DNA of 63,070 bases, counting the filler, from Octopus bimaculoides (taxonomy: Eukaryota): NCBI RefSeq assembly GCF_001194135.2. It is 5 parts of 4 records of this genome, joined end to end, with 100 filler letters (N's around TTAATTAATTAA, not from the genome) between each part and the next. Parts side by side here need not be neighbours in the genome. Positions count along the whole stretch, not along the records: positions 27,225 to 48,156 come from NC_068981.1; positions 48,257 to 58,785 come from NC_069008.1; 3 more parts are not named here. The stretch is one strand, 5' to 3'. The translations under genes were made by a program, and so were the position numbers. The notes beneath the pieces are model-generated. The model was given only the letters and a program-made list of their open reading frames with translations. It ran no database searches and was not told where the DNA came from. Below are positions 40,464 through 53,100 of the stretch, one piece after another (position 1 is the stretch's first letter; every line of letters begins with the position of its first letter).

Positions 40464-40849
40464 TTGTTCATATGCTTTCAGTCACTGGACTGTGACTATC
40501 CTGGGGTACCATCTTCAAGTGATTAGTTGCTCTTAATTCTGGGGTACTCATGTTATCTATATCCGTTTGCTGAATTGATGAATTACTTTCCAAAACCTCA
40601 ATTAGTTGATTTTATTCTTCTTGCTTCTAGCCTTTGTCTGCTACTTTCATGGATAACTCATTTCATTGAAGTTTTCTTTAAAACTTACCGTATTTAATAT
40701 GCGAGATCCAAAGACAGGGATTCTTGGTCACCAGGACGTGGACCAGTACTGGGTTGTGGGTCATTTGGTACTAGACTGTACAGAAAGAATAAATTTTAAA
40801 GCTTTTAAGTTCTATTATGTGTAGTGATTTCAAATTCTGGCACAAGACC

Positions 40850-41038
40850 AACAATGTCGGAGGAGGGGATAAGTCTATTACATTGACCCCAGTACTCAAC
40901 TGGTACTTATTTTATCGACACCAAAAGGATGAAAGGCAGAGTAGACCTCAGCAGTACTTGAACTCAGAACGTAAAGACGGACGAAATGCCGTAAAGCATT
41001 TCTCCCGGTGTGCCAATGATTTTGCTTGCTCACCACCA
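40850..41038 (-). mobile_element. SINE family B
   Basis: Reverse complement contains ttctgagttcaagtactgctgaggtctactctgcctttcatcc. Confidence 0.8.
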
Positions 41039-41116
41039 TGTTGTATTATATGTATTACAATGTAATAATAGTGGATACAAAGTACATAAAAGTCAATGGA
41101 ATAATTACATTTGCAT

Positions 41117-41478
41117 TATCATCATCGTTTAACATCCGCTTTCCATGCTAGCATGGGTTGGACGATTTGACTGAGGACTGGTGAACCAGATGGCTACACC
41201 AGGCTCCAATCTGATTTGGCTGAGTTTCTACAGCTGGATGCCCTTCCTAACGCCAACCACTCCGAGAGTGTAGTGGGTGCTTTTACGTGCTACCGGCACG
41301 AAGGCCAGTCAGGCGGTACTGGCAACGGCCATGCTCGAAATGTTGTATTTTATGTGCCACCTGCGCAGAAGCCAGTCCAGTGGTACTGGCATCGAACTCG
41401 CTCGAATGTCTTTTCATGTGCCATTGGCACAAGTGCCAGGAAGGCGACGTTGGTAACGATCACGCTCAAATGGTGCTA
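41117..41478 (-). mobile_element. RTE-like LINE 3' UTR with (GAT)n tail
   Basis: catcatcgtttaac.tccgctttccatgctagcatgggttggacg...ggatgcccttcctaacgccaaccactc is the reverse complement of the 58600-58742 tail. Contains internal gtgcca subrepeats. Confidence 0.85.
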
Positions 41479-42461
41479 AAATGATTTATATATGTAATAA
41501 TTAAATTATATATTATGCACTTTATTGTATTTTGTTATGCAAGTGATACCCCGGTTCATGGAAATATTGTCTCTCATGGAATTGGTCTGCGGTGCAAAAA
41601 GGTTGGGGACTGTTGCCTTAAAGTATTCCAGCTTAGCCTGCTGAATACACTCCTTAGACATTGTAGAATACTAACAGCCAGCCAGTTCGTGTCATGTTAT
41701 CAGCAATGTTGTGTCACAGGAAAAGACACTTGAAACTCTCAAATGGACTAGCCATCTAACTGCACAGAAGTATTACTTCGGAAAGAAATAACTCGTTACT
41801 GAGAGCGGTGGTGACACTACATTATTGACAAGTAGTTTATTAAATGGCAGTGCTAGGTTCAAACTTTCATGCTGATCTGTAGTCTTCTCTAGAATCGTAC
41901 GTGTAGTACATTGTCTGACAATCAACAAAGTTACCGGAATCTCTGATAAATGAGTTGAAAGCATTTCAGTGCTGAAATATCGTTGACTCCAAAGAAATCT
42001 TCAAACCTGTTTTTTAGTCACAAGTATAACTATTTAATCTATATCCCGTTTTTCATTTATCATTATTGAAAACAATTTTCTTTTCTTTTTTTTTTTTTTT
42101 TATCATTTACAAGCTCCTCGATAGGAAGACTTTCAGAAACTTAGAAGTTGCTTACAACGCCATTTCCTCAACCAGGGGTATATTTCCTCGTCCTCTGGAC
42201 ATATCACATGTTCAATTGCCTTTTCTTGTGTCTAGAGAGATCACATCGCTTCTGGCAACAGGCTACTTTTAGCATACGTGAATCCGTTGATCTTTTGAAT
42301 CATTTTGCCTAGATTTTATGTTCTGGCAAGACAACCTACTTCCACTTCAGTAGTTCCTGCTATGATGTATAGTCTATAACTTATTCTATAATTCAGCAAG
42401 ACTCATCCTACGTTTATTACCTTCTATCTTATCATATATTTCACTGATATGCTATATAATT

Positions 42462-43815
42462 GGGAACTTTTCTGTTTGGCTGCCAAGATTTCAAAAATCC
42501 AAATTTTATTGAAAATTTTAAAATTTGATACAATTACGTAGTTTTCCAAGCTGAATTGCTGGAGTTATTTCATTTATTCCAGAAATTAATAAAAAAAAGT
42601 TGTAGAGGTTTAAAGTTTGATTATTTTCACTCAGTCTGGAAACAGGATTTGGAAGCTGTCATTATGTACGTGACTGCACATTTTGTCAATATCCTGAAAA
42701 CAGCATTTGTGTTTTTATATGAAACCGTAAACAAATGAATTACGCACGACATATAACCCTTCATAACCTTTTCATTTTTTGGAATTTTCAGAAAATTTTT
42801 GCGAATTTGTATTCTACATGTGAGACTTCATACGATTATGCAAAAATAAATTGTGAGGGTGCATGATTTAAGGCCTATTTAGCTGTTATTTTTAGCACAT
42901 CTTTCAACAAGCTCAATGACAAAATAAAAACAAAAAAAAAACAGTAGGCAACACGTATTTTATAGTTTTAAGCATTCAATATGTATTTAACGCGATAAAC
43001 AACACATTACAAATGAAATATTTCTCAAAATAAGAAACTTATAGCACAAACTTAAAAGATTTATCCAAAAACAAAATAGCACATTACAAATTAAATATTT
43101 AAAAAAAAACAAACAACTCAAAAATCTTCCCAGGACCAACAACCTTAACTGGATGGCAGATCAGGTCCTCCGCACATACTTACCTAGCATAGCTGTTATA
43201 AACAACTGCTGTGCAATGGCTCATCTCCAGTTTTTCAACACAAAACTGGACTGAAGTCAATTCCATAACTCATGAGCAAAGGAAAAACACTACAGTCCTA
43301 AGAGGAAGGGTGCCATCTTCAAACCATGTGTCTTTCCTCACTGACACAGACTCCATGCATCCTTGGTGCGTGCATCGTCAATACATATTCCCACCACTTT
43401 TCTTGTACTCATAAAAATGTTTCTTTGTTTTGCATAATTTTCTTTTGGATATAACACCTTTTTCTTCCAAGTACGAAACCGCATCCTCCTCTGGTGCATG
43501 ACTTAAGGCCTGTTTGGCTGCTATTTTTAGCACATATGACAACTGGAACATATTAGTCAACACTTCATTTCTTGCAGACAAGAGTTCTCATGTTTGGCTT
43601 GTTACTATGGAAACAGGCACGAATGTGTCTATGGCTTACGATTGGCTAAAATTACCCAAAATGTTCAAACTTTAATAGCTAATAACTCTTTATTTATTGA
43701 TTTATGGCGAAAATGATTTTCATGGCATTAATTAGCATGTAAAAGTGTATCATTACACTGACTATGAAATCAATTCGAACAGAAATTGACCTTGGCAGCC
43801 AAACAGAAAATATCC
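42462..43815 (-). mobile_element. Merlin-superfamily (ISXO2/IS1595-like) DNA transposon, internally deleted
   Basis: Perfect 20-bp inverted repeat ttttctgtttggctgccaag (42468-42487 / 43791-43810) within GG-starting termini, and a tataatt direct repeat at 42455-42461 / 43816-43822. A single frame 43581->43117 with three stops reads AVSYLEEKG...RCTHQGC..SVSVRKDTWFE..LPL..ELTSVQFCVEKLEMS..TAV.YN.YAR*VC....KVVGPGKIFE. Confidence 0.88.
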
Positions 43816-43851
43816 TATAATTGAAATTTTGCACTTGGAATATTTCGTTAT

Positions 43852-46800
43852 CGTTATGCAAATTATACGTTGTTCAATTTATATGGAAAGATACTTGAAA
43901 CCTGACAAACTGAATGTAGACCCAAATTCCACGAATGCTGATAAAACTTTTAATCACTGGTTTAGAACATTCACCAACTTTATAGACTCACTACCAGGGC
44001 AGGAAGGTAGGATTATCGATAAACTCAATCTTTTGATTATGTGGAACCGAACGTATACGAATTCATCAGTGAAGCTAAGAACTACGAACAAGCTGTGAAT
44101 ACACTAAAGAGTGTGTACATTAAACCAAAGAACATCGTAATGGCACGCCATCTTTTAGCCATAAGAAAACAGAAACCAGGGGAATCTCTAGACTAGTTCT
44201 TAAACTAACTCAAAATATTAGCGAAAGACTGTGACTTTGTTGCAGTAAGTGCTGAGCAGGACGTGTACAATCAAAGAAACTAATTTCTGAAAATACACAA
44301 TTGGAAAAAGTTGCTGAGCCTTCTATAGAGAAGGAAATTTGTGAAAGGACTGACTGTAAACCTATTGCAGCCAAATCGCGAAAATACTCGGAACGTGATC
44401 GAAAATTCATCAGGACAGAAGTACGCCGTTTAGTAGATGAGGACATTATTGAACCTAGTAACTCCCCTTGGAGATCGCAAGTGCTAGTTGTTCAAGAAAA
44501 AAAAAAAAAAAAAAAAAAAAAAAAGCGAAGAATGGTGATTGACTACTCAGAGACGATTAACATATACACACAGCTTGATACCTACCCTCTTCCTAAAATT
44601 GATGAGTTAGTTAACACTATTGCCAAGTATAAAGTCTACAGTACTATAGACTTACGTTCAGCATACCATCAAATTCCTCTATCAGAGAAAGACCATCAAC
44701 TCACTGCCTTTGAAGCTGATGGTAAGTTATGGCATTATACTAGGATGCCATTCGGAGTAACTAACGGCAGTGCATGTTTCCAACGTATAATGGACGATTT
44801 CGTGAGATACGTTCCCATTCATAGACAATTTAACCATATGTGGGAAAGATCAAAACGACCACGATGAAAATTTAGAAAAATTTGAAATTGCAGTAAAAAA
44901 TGAGGGGCTCACCATGAATGAAGACTAATGCGTTTACTCAACAACAACTCTTAACTTTCTTGGATACGGTATCTCACACAATACCCTCAGCTCTGACCCA
45001 GAAAGGTTTGCTCCAGTCTTCAATCTTCCTATACCAACTGATCAGAAACCATTAAAACGAATAGTCGGTATGTTTTCTTATTATGCTAAGTGGATCTCCA
45101 AATTTTTTGGCGGAATATATCCTCTCAATAACGTACTAAAATTTCCTCTAAACAGCCAAGTAAAAGTATATGAGTCATTAAAGGTAGAACTAGCCAATGC
45201 TGCCATTCAAGTAATAGATGAGAACATTCCATTTACTGTTGAGACGGATGCTTCGGATTTTGCTATATCTGCGACACTAAATCAAAATGCAAGACCAGTC
45301 GCTTTCCATTCTCGCACGCTCCAAGGCAGTGAACAGTACCACTCCTCAGTTGAAAAGGAAGCCGAAGAAATTATCGAATCAATTCATCATTGGAGACACT
45401 GTCTTCTAGGTAGACAGTTCACATTAATTACTGATCAACGTTCTGTTGCATTCATGCATAATTATAAAGAGACGAGCAAAATAAAAATGATAAAATTATG
45501 AGATGGTGCATTGCGTTATCTCCATGCTCATATGATATTCACTATCGCCCAGGATTCAGCAACATTGCTTCGGATGCATTCACAAAGGTACGCTGTTCAC
45601 ATTAACTTTATGAGTTACATGCAGCACTGTGCCATCCTGGTGTAGTACGTCTTCATCATTTCGTCCGCAGTAGAAATCTTCTATATTCGTTAGAGAACGT
45701 GAACCAAATATGTAGGAATTGCTCTATATGTTAAGAAATGAAACCACAATATCATAAACCAAACTCAATTAACTTAATTAAAGTCATACAGCCCTTTGAG
45801 CGAATTTCCATCGATTTCAAAGGTCCGATTCCTTCCACGATGCATCCTTATCTCCTAACAATCATTGACGAATACTCTCGGTTTCCGTTTGGTTATCCAG
45901 TATCTGACACATCAGCTCAGACTGTAATAAAGTGTCTTACAGACTTGTTCTCAGTTTTTGGTATGCTCAGTTATGTACATTCCGATCGTGGAACTGCCTT
46001 TATGTCTACAAGATTGAGAGAATGGCACCTCAGTAAGGGCATTGCAACGAGTAGGACGATGCCATACAATCCCACTGGGAACAGTCAAGTAGAAAGATAT
46101 AATGGTATTATTTGGAAGTCAGTACTACTCTCTTTGAAAACCCGTGCCCTTCCAGTATCTTTATGGGGAACAGTTCTTCCACACGCGTTGCATTCAATCA
46201 GATCTCTACTTTGTACGTCCACTAATGCCACTCCTCATGAACGTCTTTTTAACTATCAAAGACGTTCAGCATCAGCAACATCTATGCCAACATGGCTTCT
46301 TAACCCAGGACCTGTGCTTGTTCAAAGGAACAATCGTACTAACAAGTATGACCCTATCATGGACCAAGTTGATTTAATCGAAGCCAACTCCCAATACGCT
46401 CACGTCCGTTACCCAGACAGTCGCGAAACTAAAATATCCACAAAACAATTGACATCACCAGGGAAGATTAACCCAACTGATAACCTAACCCAAACATTTG
46501 TCCCTTAAGAGCCAGACAGAGTGCCAACTGAAATTTCTTCGCCTCCTAGAGATAACCGTCAAGAACAAAAAGAAGAATCCTCTCAGCTGCGTCGATCTCA
46601 AAGGATTCGGAAAGCTCCGGAAAGGCTTGATCTATGATATTTTTTCTTTCTTTTTTTTTTCTAGGAGGGATTGAATGTTATGCTAATTATACGTTGTTCA
46701 ATTTGTAATAGCGATTTGTATCTGTTATGCAAATTGTGCTAGGATTCGAGTGACTTCCCTTGATACAAAGAGTATGCGCATTTGACAGGGAAGGAAGAGA

Positions 46801-46928
46801 GAGAACAGCTATTTGGAATAACGTACGTTAAGTCAAGACTATAAGACACCTTTCTATTTAGGACTATAACTAGAAATTAGTTTCTTTGATTGTAATATAT
46901 AAACAGGATTTACTGGTTATATATTACA
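43852..46928 (+). mobile_element. Ty3/Gypsy LTR retrotransposon, decayed (partial gag, RT, RNase H, integrase; 3' LTR; 5' LTR remnant)
   Basis: gag from ATG 43883 (MERYLKPDKLNVDPNS..FNHW; ARHLLAIRKQKPGES); RT (IIEPSNSPWRSQV, RMVIDY, DLRSAYHQI, RMPFGVTN, FIDN in place of YLDD); RNase H (ETDASDFAI..EKEA..TDQRS); integrase (H..LCHPG..C..C; IDFKGP, HSDRG, QVERYNG). Domain order is RT-RH-INT. Confidence 0.96.
46676..46928 (+). repeat. 3' LTR of the Gypsy element (TG...CA)
   Basis: Follows the purine-rich PPT-like aggagggattgaa; its first 28 nt match 43853-43880 at 27/28; it ends ...atattaca. The flanks gttat/attat fit a 5-bp TSD with one mismatch. Confidence 0.7.
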
Positions 46929-47981
46929 ATTATACAGTAGGATGTTGAAAGTTAAACCAACGGTTACTAAACTGCCACTCGCGAGCTGTATGTGACTCGT
47001 CTCAAATTCTAGTTTTACTAAAATAGCTGTAACAATCTACCAGACAGGTTTTAAAGCATAAACAATTATAATGATGACCTAGTAAAAACCTTCAACACGC
47101 AGAAATGAATCAATCTACTTTAGTGAGTAAAATTACGTAAGGGTATATTAAAAAATATGTTGCGGCTCTTGAACGTAAAAAAAGTACCAAACATTTCATA
47201 GGATCATTTTGAAGTTTTTCTTTACGTAATTGTTTAGTCCGTCCGTCCATCTGGCACTAAATATAAGTAGATACATCACTAAACTGATATTACTGTTGCT
47301 TATAGTTTTGAATTCTTATCATGAAATTATATCATAGAAGTGAAGTCTGCAAACGTGATTTAACGCTGTTTTAAGGTGGGAAGCGAACATATGTAGATAT
47401 GCTCAATATAAGGACAGATTGACAAAAACGTTTCACTTTCGCACATACACTACGCAACCTGACGACTAAGACAGACCGAGGAAAAGTAAAGACACAGTTA
47501 CTAACAGGTCCTTACACAAGACACGCATATACACCCTAATGACAGAATGATAAAAAAAATAAAAAAAAGATGTGGGTACAAACAGTGTAATATACAAAGC
47601 CATATACACGCACACGGGACACTCATACTAAACACATGGATACATAGACACACATACACTCAGATACAGACGTGAATGCATACGCAAATAGAGATACATA
47701 CCACAGAAGGACAAAATGAAATAGGCAGGACAAGAGGAGACGCATGGGACAGAGAATCGCTGAAGAGGTCACAGAAAGTGTGAAAGACCAAATAAATAGT
47801 AAGTGTGTTTAATTGGCAAAAAATGACCGTCTCAAGATATATCAATATCTATTTCAACACACGTTCTCACATCAAGTATCTTGCAAAACAAATACTTAAA
47901 CGTAACAAAGGTCTTGTCATATTTCATTTGGTTAAATCATATAAAAATCTTGATTGGACGTCAATATTTTTAAAACTTAGA

Positions 47982-48111
47982 CATGATTCGGAGTTCAGAC
48001 CCACTGCCTGATACCTTGTGCAAGTGTCTTCTACTATAGCTTCGAATCGACAAAAGCCGTATGAGTGGATTTGGTAGACGGAAACTGAGAGAAGCCCGTC
48101 GTGTATGTATG

Positions 48112-48156
<45 letters not shown>
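47982..48156 (+). mobile_element. SINE family A, 5' half running into (TA)n and a gap
   Basis: gttcagacccactgc...caagtgtcttctactatagc...tggatttggtagacggaaactgagagaagcccgtcgt. Confidence 0.85.
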
Positions 48157-48352
48157 NNNNNNNNNNNNNNNNNNNNNNNNNNNNNNNNNNNNNNNNNNNN
48201 TTAATTAATTAANNNNNNNNNNNNNNNNNNNNNNNNNNNNNNNNNNNNNNNNNNNNAATCTTAATCTTATTTCGGCTAAACTGGCAATATGACCATCCCC
48301 AAGTACAACAACATCTGTTTCAACACACGATTTCACATCAAAAATCTTGCAA

Positions 48353-48387
<35 letters not shown>

Positions 48388-48392
<5 letters not shown>

Positions 48393-48470
48393 ATTTCGGA
48401 ATTACAATTCCTTCTTCAGATCTTCTTAGATGGAGTCTCCATCTAAGAAGATCTGAAAAAGGAATATCAT
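48388..48470. other. Fold-back palindrome containing a hammerhead-ribozyme core on the minus strand
   Basis: Arms 48407-48435 and 48437-48465 match at 28/29 with a 1-nt loop. Minus strand 48419->48394 reads CTGAAGA-A-GGAAT-tgta-ATTCC-GAAA. Confidence 0.75.
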
Positions 48471-49918
48471 CGGACTATAGATAACCAAGTTACAACAGGT
48501 ATATAGTTCATTTTTTGTATTATAGTGCATTGTTGTACCATTCAAAACTTTTTATTCTTTAGAAACAATACACAATGCTTCAAGCAAACTACAATACTCT
48601 CATATATATATATAATAATTTTCTAAACTATAGAACACATAGTGATAAGAGCAGATGTGAATAAAAAAAGCGTTTTTATTATCGAGTGATTGGTGTGAAA
48701 AAAATAAGTCTCATAAAGATACGAGAAGTAATTCAGAAATTCAGATGTATAAATCTCAAATATAAGAGAAGAATATTATTTAAAATATGTATATGCATTT
48801 ATGTATACTGGTGCATCTAATAGGAACAGAAAGCTATGAAATAAGATAAAAAGATATATGCATACATACATATACATACACACACAAACACACACATATA
48901 TATATATGCACACACATATATACACATACATACACACATACACATGCATATATGCACACATACATATATATACACACACACATACACATGCACACACATA
49001 TGCATATGCAGGTGTATATACACATATGTACATCCATTATATTTGTATAATAATCTGAATATTAATATAAGACATACGTGAATGTAAGAACTAAGTAATA
49101 AGTGAAATATGGAATATAATGTATAATCTATTAATTATATTAAACGGTGTTAGTATAGAGTAGAAAAAAATGTTAGAGGTAGCAATAATGATTATCATGA
49201 TGGAAAAAATAAAGATAGTATTAATGCAAATAAAGAGAAAAGAATGTGAAAATATAAAACTATTTGTGTGTATAACCAAAAAACTATATCTACGGTAGTG
49301 TGTGCAAATTGTGGAAGTGATTGTTGTGCACTTAAAAATTACAGTAAGTATAAGCATATATCATCTGTAAGATTTTGGTTAATACAGGTAGATTTGTAAG
49401 AAGCACAATAATTTTTTTTTTTTTAATNNNNNNNNNNNNNNNNNNNNNNNNNNNNNNNNNNNNNNNNNNNNNNNNNNNNNNNNNNNNNNNNNNNNNNNNN
49501 NNNNNNNNNNNNNNNNNNNNNNNNNNNNNNNNNNNNNNNNNNNNNNNNNNNNNNNNNNNNNNNNNNNNNNNNNNNNNNNNNNNNNNNNNNNNNNNNNNNN
49601 NNNNNNNNNNNNNNNNNNNNNNNNNNNNNNNNNNNNNNNNNNNNNNNNNNNNNNNNNNNNNNNNNNNNNNNNNNNNNNNNNNNNNNNNNNNNNNNNNNNN
49701 NNNNNNNNNNNNNNNNNNNNNNNNNNNNNNNNNNNNNNNNNNNNNNNNNNNNNNNNNNNNNNNNNNNNNNNNNNNNNNNNNNNNNNNNNNNNNNNNNNNN
49801 NNNNNNNNNNNNNNNNNNNNNNNNNNNNNNNNNNNNNNNNNNNNNNNNNNNNNNNNNNNNNNNNNNNNNNNNNNNNNNNNNNNNNNNNNNNNNNNNNNNN
49901 NNNNNNNNNNNNNNNNNN

Positions 49919-50102
49919 TCCCCCCAACATCGCTTGACAACCAATGCTGGTGTGTTTACGTCCCCGTAACTTAGCGGTTCGGCAAAAGAGACCGATAGAA
50001 TAAGTACTGGGCTTACAAAGAATAAGTCCTAGGGTCGATTTGCTCGACTAAAGGCGGTGCTCCAGCATGGCCGCAGTCAAATGACTGAAACAAGTAAAAG
50101 AG
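49919..50102 (+). mobile_element. SINE family A, 3' half (little decayed)
   Basis: cccccaacatcgcttgacaacc...cggcaaaagagaccgatagaataagtact...ggcggtgctccagcatggccgcagtcaaatgactgaaacaagtaaaagag. Confidence 0.9.
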
Positions 50103-50564
50103 TATATATCAATAGTAAAAAATAATAAAAACTATCAAACAGATTGGAAATAGATAATTATGGTAATAATAATAGAAGTAGCAATATTTAGAAAGGGTCA
50201 GAGATGTGTATCTAAGTACATATTGTGAAAAAATAGATTACATACAAAAAATGTATATATATGTGTGTGTATATTAAGTAGTGGTCTAAAAAATTGTCTA
50301 AAAATATATATTGAGAAAGAGAGGAAGGTATATGAATATTTGGTATAGGATTTTAATTCATAAAAAATATAAGGGTCATACAATATATGGTGGGGGGGGG
50401 AGGATAACATGAATAACCAAGTAGTGTAAGATAATTAAAGTGGAGAGTATTATAGAATAGAAATCATACATAAAGGTAGTAATAATGTAGAGAGAGGTAT
50501 TATACAAAGAACTGAATTATAAGGAGGAGTAATAATAAGTAGTTAAGGAAGGGAGATGGAAAAA

Positions 50565-52140
50565 TTATTTAAGAGAAATAAAAAGGAATTTTGACATATG
50601 TCTGCAAGAAAAAATTTTTTCATCTCTCGAATTTACAAGAGAACTGTTCATTTTCATTGTTTTAAAACTCTCTTCTTCGCATAATTTGCAGATTCTGTTA
50701 TTATGCCTATAAGATGGAGCTGAAGAAAGAATTTTCCAAGAAATCAAGTAATCTATATTGCTTTTTTTTCAGTAGCCAAACCTTTTTGGATAGACCTGTG
50801 CTATTTTCTTTTCTAGGGTCATTAAAGGATGATCTTTGATTATATAATCTTAATTTAAAAGGATTTTGTGTACATCCAATGTAAGTAAATTTTGAGAGAT
50901 TATGGATAATAATAGTTGCTTGTTATACTACATCTTTCATTTTACAGTTACCTTCTACCTCACAAGTATTCGGATTTCTACAATTACAATTAGAACTATT
51001 AGTCGGTACTCTATTGTTATGTCTATATGTATTAAGGGTAATTGAGGCTATGTTATTCTGATAATTGTTGTTATTTGATATGTAATTATTAGGGTTAGCA
51101 TGTATATTAAAAGGAATTTTTGTATTGTAGAATTGGTCTAGTTTCCTATTGTTAAACGAAGAGATGATCCTAAATAGGTTAGGAGATACTGAAAATCCAA
51201 ATCTGATCATTTTGCTATTAAATATTTTTGCATATTTACAGTTTTTAAAGTTTTTTTTTTAATAATGTTTCTAATGGATTTAATAAAATTAGATTTTAAA
51301 TGTTTTGCAAAAGGAATTATGATCCAAATGATGCTATTTATGTATTCTTTATTGTCGTAGTAGTTTATATTTTGTGAGTCATCTATTCGTACATATGGCA
51401 TAGGTTTCTTTTTTCTATATTATCACTCCTAACTTTATTAATATGAGTAATGTGGTTATGTGAGTTATTAAGAGGATGAGATATAGTGTGATAAGTTATA
51501 TTTTTAAAGTGTGTAGGTTCCATGTTCTTATTTATATCTATGGTTATTTGTTTTCAGTATTTATTGTCTGTATACTTGGGTTTGATTACATTATTAACAG
51601 TGTATTTGGTGATTTGTGGGTTGGTAAAATTAGTATTATTTGTTCTATAAGAGAGATTATGGTTACGGTACTCATATTTATAGAATTTATTATTATGATG
51701 TTTATTGTCGCTGCAGGATTTAATTGTGTATCTGGGTTTTCTAATTTACTAGTTGATGTGGGTTCAGTAATATGGTCAGTATTGTTTTTATCTAGATAAT
51801 TATTGGGATAATTAGAATAGTTGTTGTTGTTGCTTTTGCTGTACTTAATTCGATGTTTATATCCTGCATTCTTAAGTGCTAGATTATAATAGGTTTTGTG
51901 CTTGTGAAAAATATCCTATGTTTGAGGTTAGAATATTTATATTATAAGTATAGTTACTTGGTGCATGAATGTACGTGATATTGTTATTAGGTTGATAAGA
52001 TAATGTATTGAGATTAACATCTAAGAAGTTCACTGAGTTGTAATCTTTTTCAAAATGTGATGACTAGTCCTTGGTTTTTTAATATACACCATAATTTATT
52101 TTCATCTTTTTTTCATTGTATACAAATCATAACTGTCAAA
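50565..52140 (-). mobile_element. Penelope-like retroelement: RT C-terminus + GIY-YIG endonuclease (decayed)
   Basis: LKNQGLVIT..VNFLDVNLN..NITYIHAPSN..YYNLALKNAGY (RT end); IIWIIIPFAKHLK (resembling IIWFNPPFSK); CNCRNPNTCEVEGNC...VV*QA...TYIGCTQNPFKLR...STGLSKKVWLLK...WKILSSA.SY....CKLC.EE....NSRDE..SCRH. Confidence 0.92.
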
Positions 52141-52284
52141 TCATATAAAAATTTTAATATAGCTATGCTGTCCCATTGGACGCTTATTTATTTATATCTA
52201 TACACATGTATATATATGCATATAAGTACATGTATGTGTAGGTATGTGCATGTATAGGTATATATATATATATATATATATCTT

Positions 52285-52333
<49 letters not shown>

Positions 52334-52334
52334 T

Positions 52335-52373
<39 letters not shown>

Positions 52374-53060
52374 GTATATGTGTGTATGTGTGTATATATA
52401 TATGTAAATATAATTTACTCCTTATGATAAATGCTTTATATGGTATGTATTTCACTATATTACTTACCTTCATATAGAGAGAATATTTCTTAAACCCCTT
52501 TCACTTTTATTTCAAATATCCGTTAGCCACAACAGTTTTAGTTCTTACACAACGAGACTCAACACTACCTAAGCATATTTAGAAATAATACATTTCTAAA
52601 TCTCTCAGAGAGATTTATGCAGTAGTGATACAATGAAGTAGTTGTAACCAACAGTTACTAGGTCTAACCAACAGTAGTATTATTCCCTTCAGGGGACTGT
52701 CACATTAAGTTGACAGCATACAACTACTTCACTACCTAAGCATGTTCTTATATTTCATCTTTCATAATCATATTATGAATATCCAAATGAGTCATGTGAC
52801 ACTGACTCCATCTAGTCTTCTGTAACAATATAATACTCTTCTGACATTTTCTTTTTGATATATTCTTCTTTTACACTGGGGAGAATGGTAATATGTAATT
52901 AATTGAATTTTTTTCCATGTTTCTTACATGCCGGTGTTGCCATTTGAAATAATCGTATGCATGGATTAAAATTTTATAAAACTTTTAACATCTCTTCTTC
53001 ATTTTTGATTGTTTGTTGAGTTTCTATAGGATACATGTTCTTTAACTGCTCATAACACAT

Positions 53061-53100
<40 letters not shown>

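Noticed and set aside
46144-46377. 77-aa ORF overlapping the integrase
   Set aside because: It is an alternative frame of the Gypsy integrase with no independent evidence.
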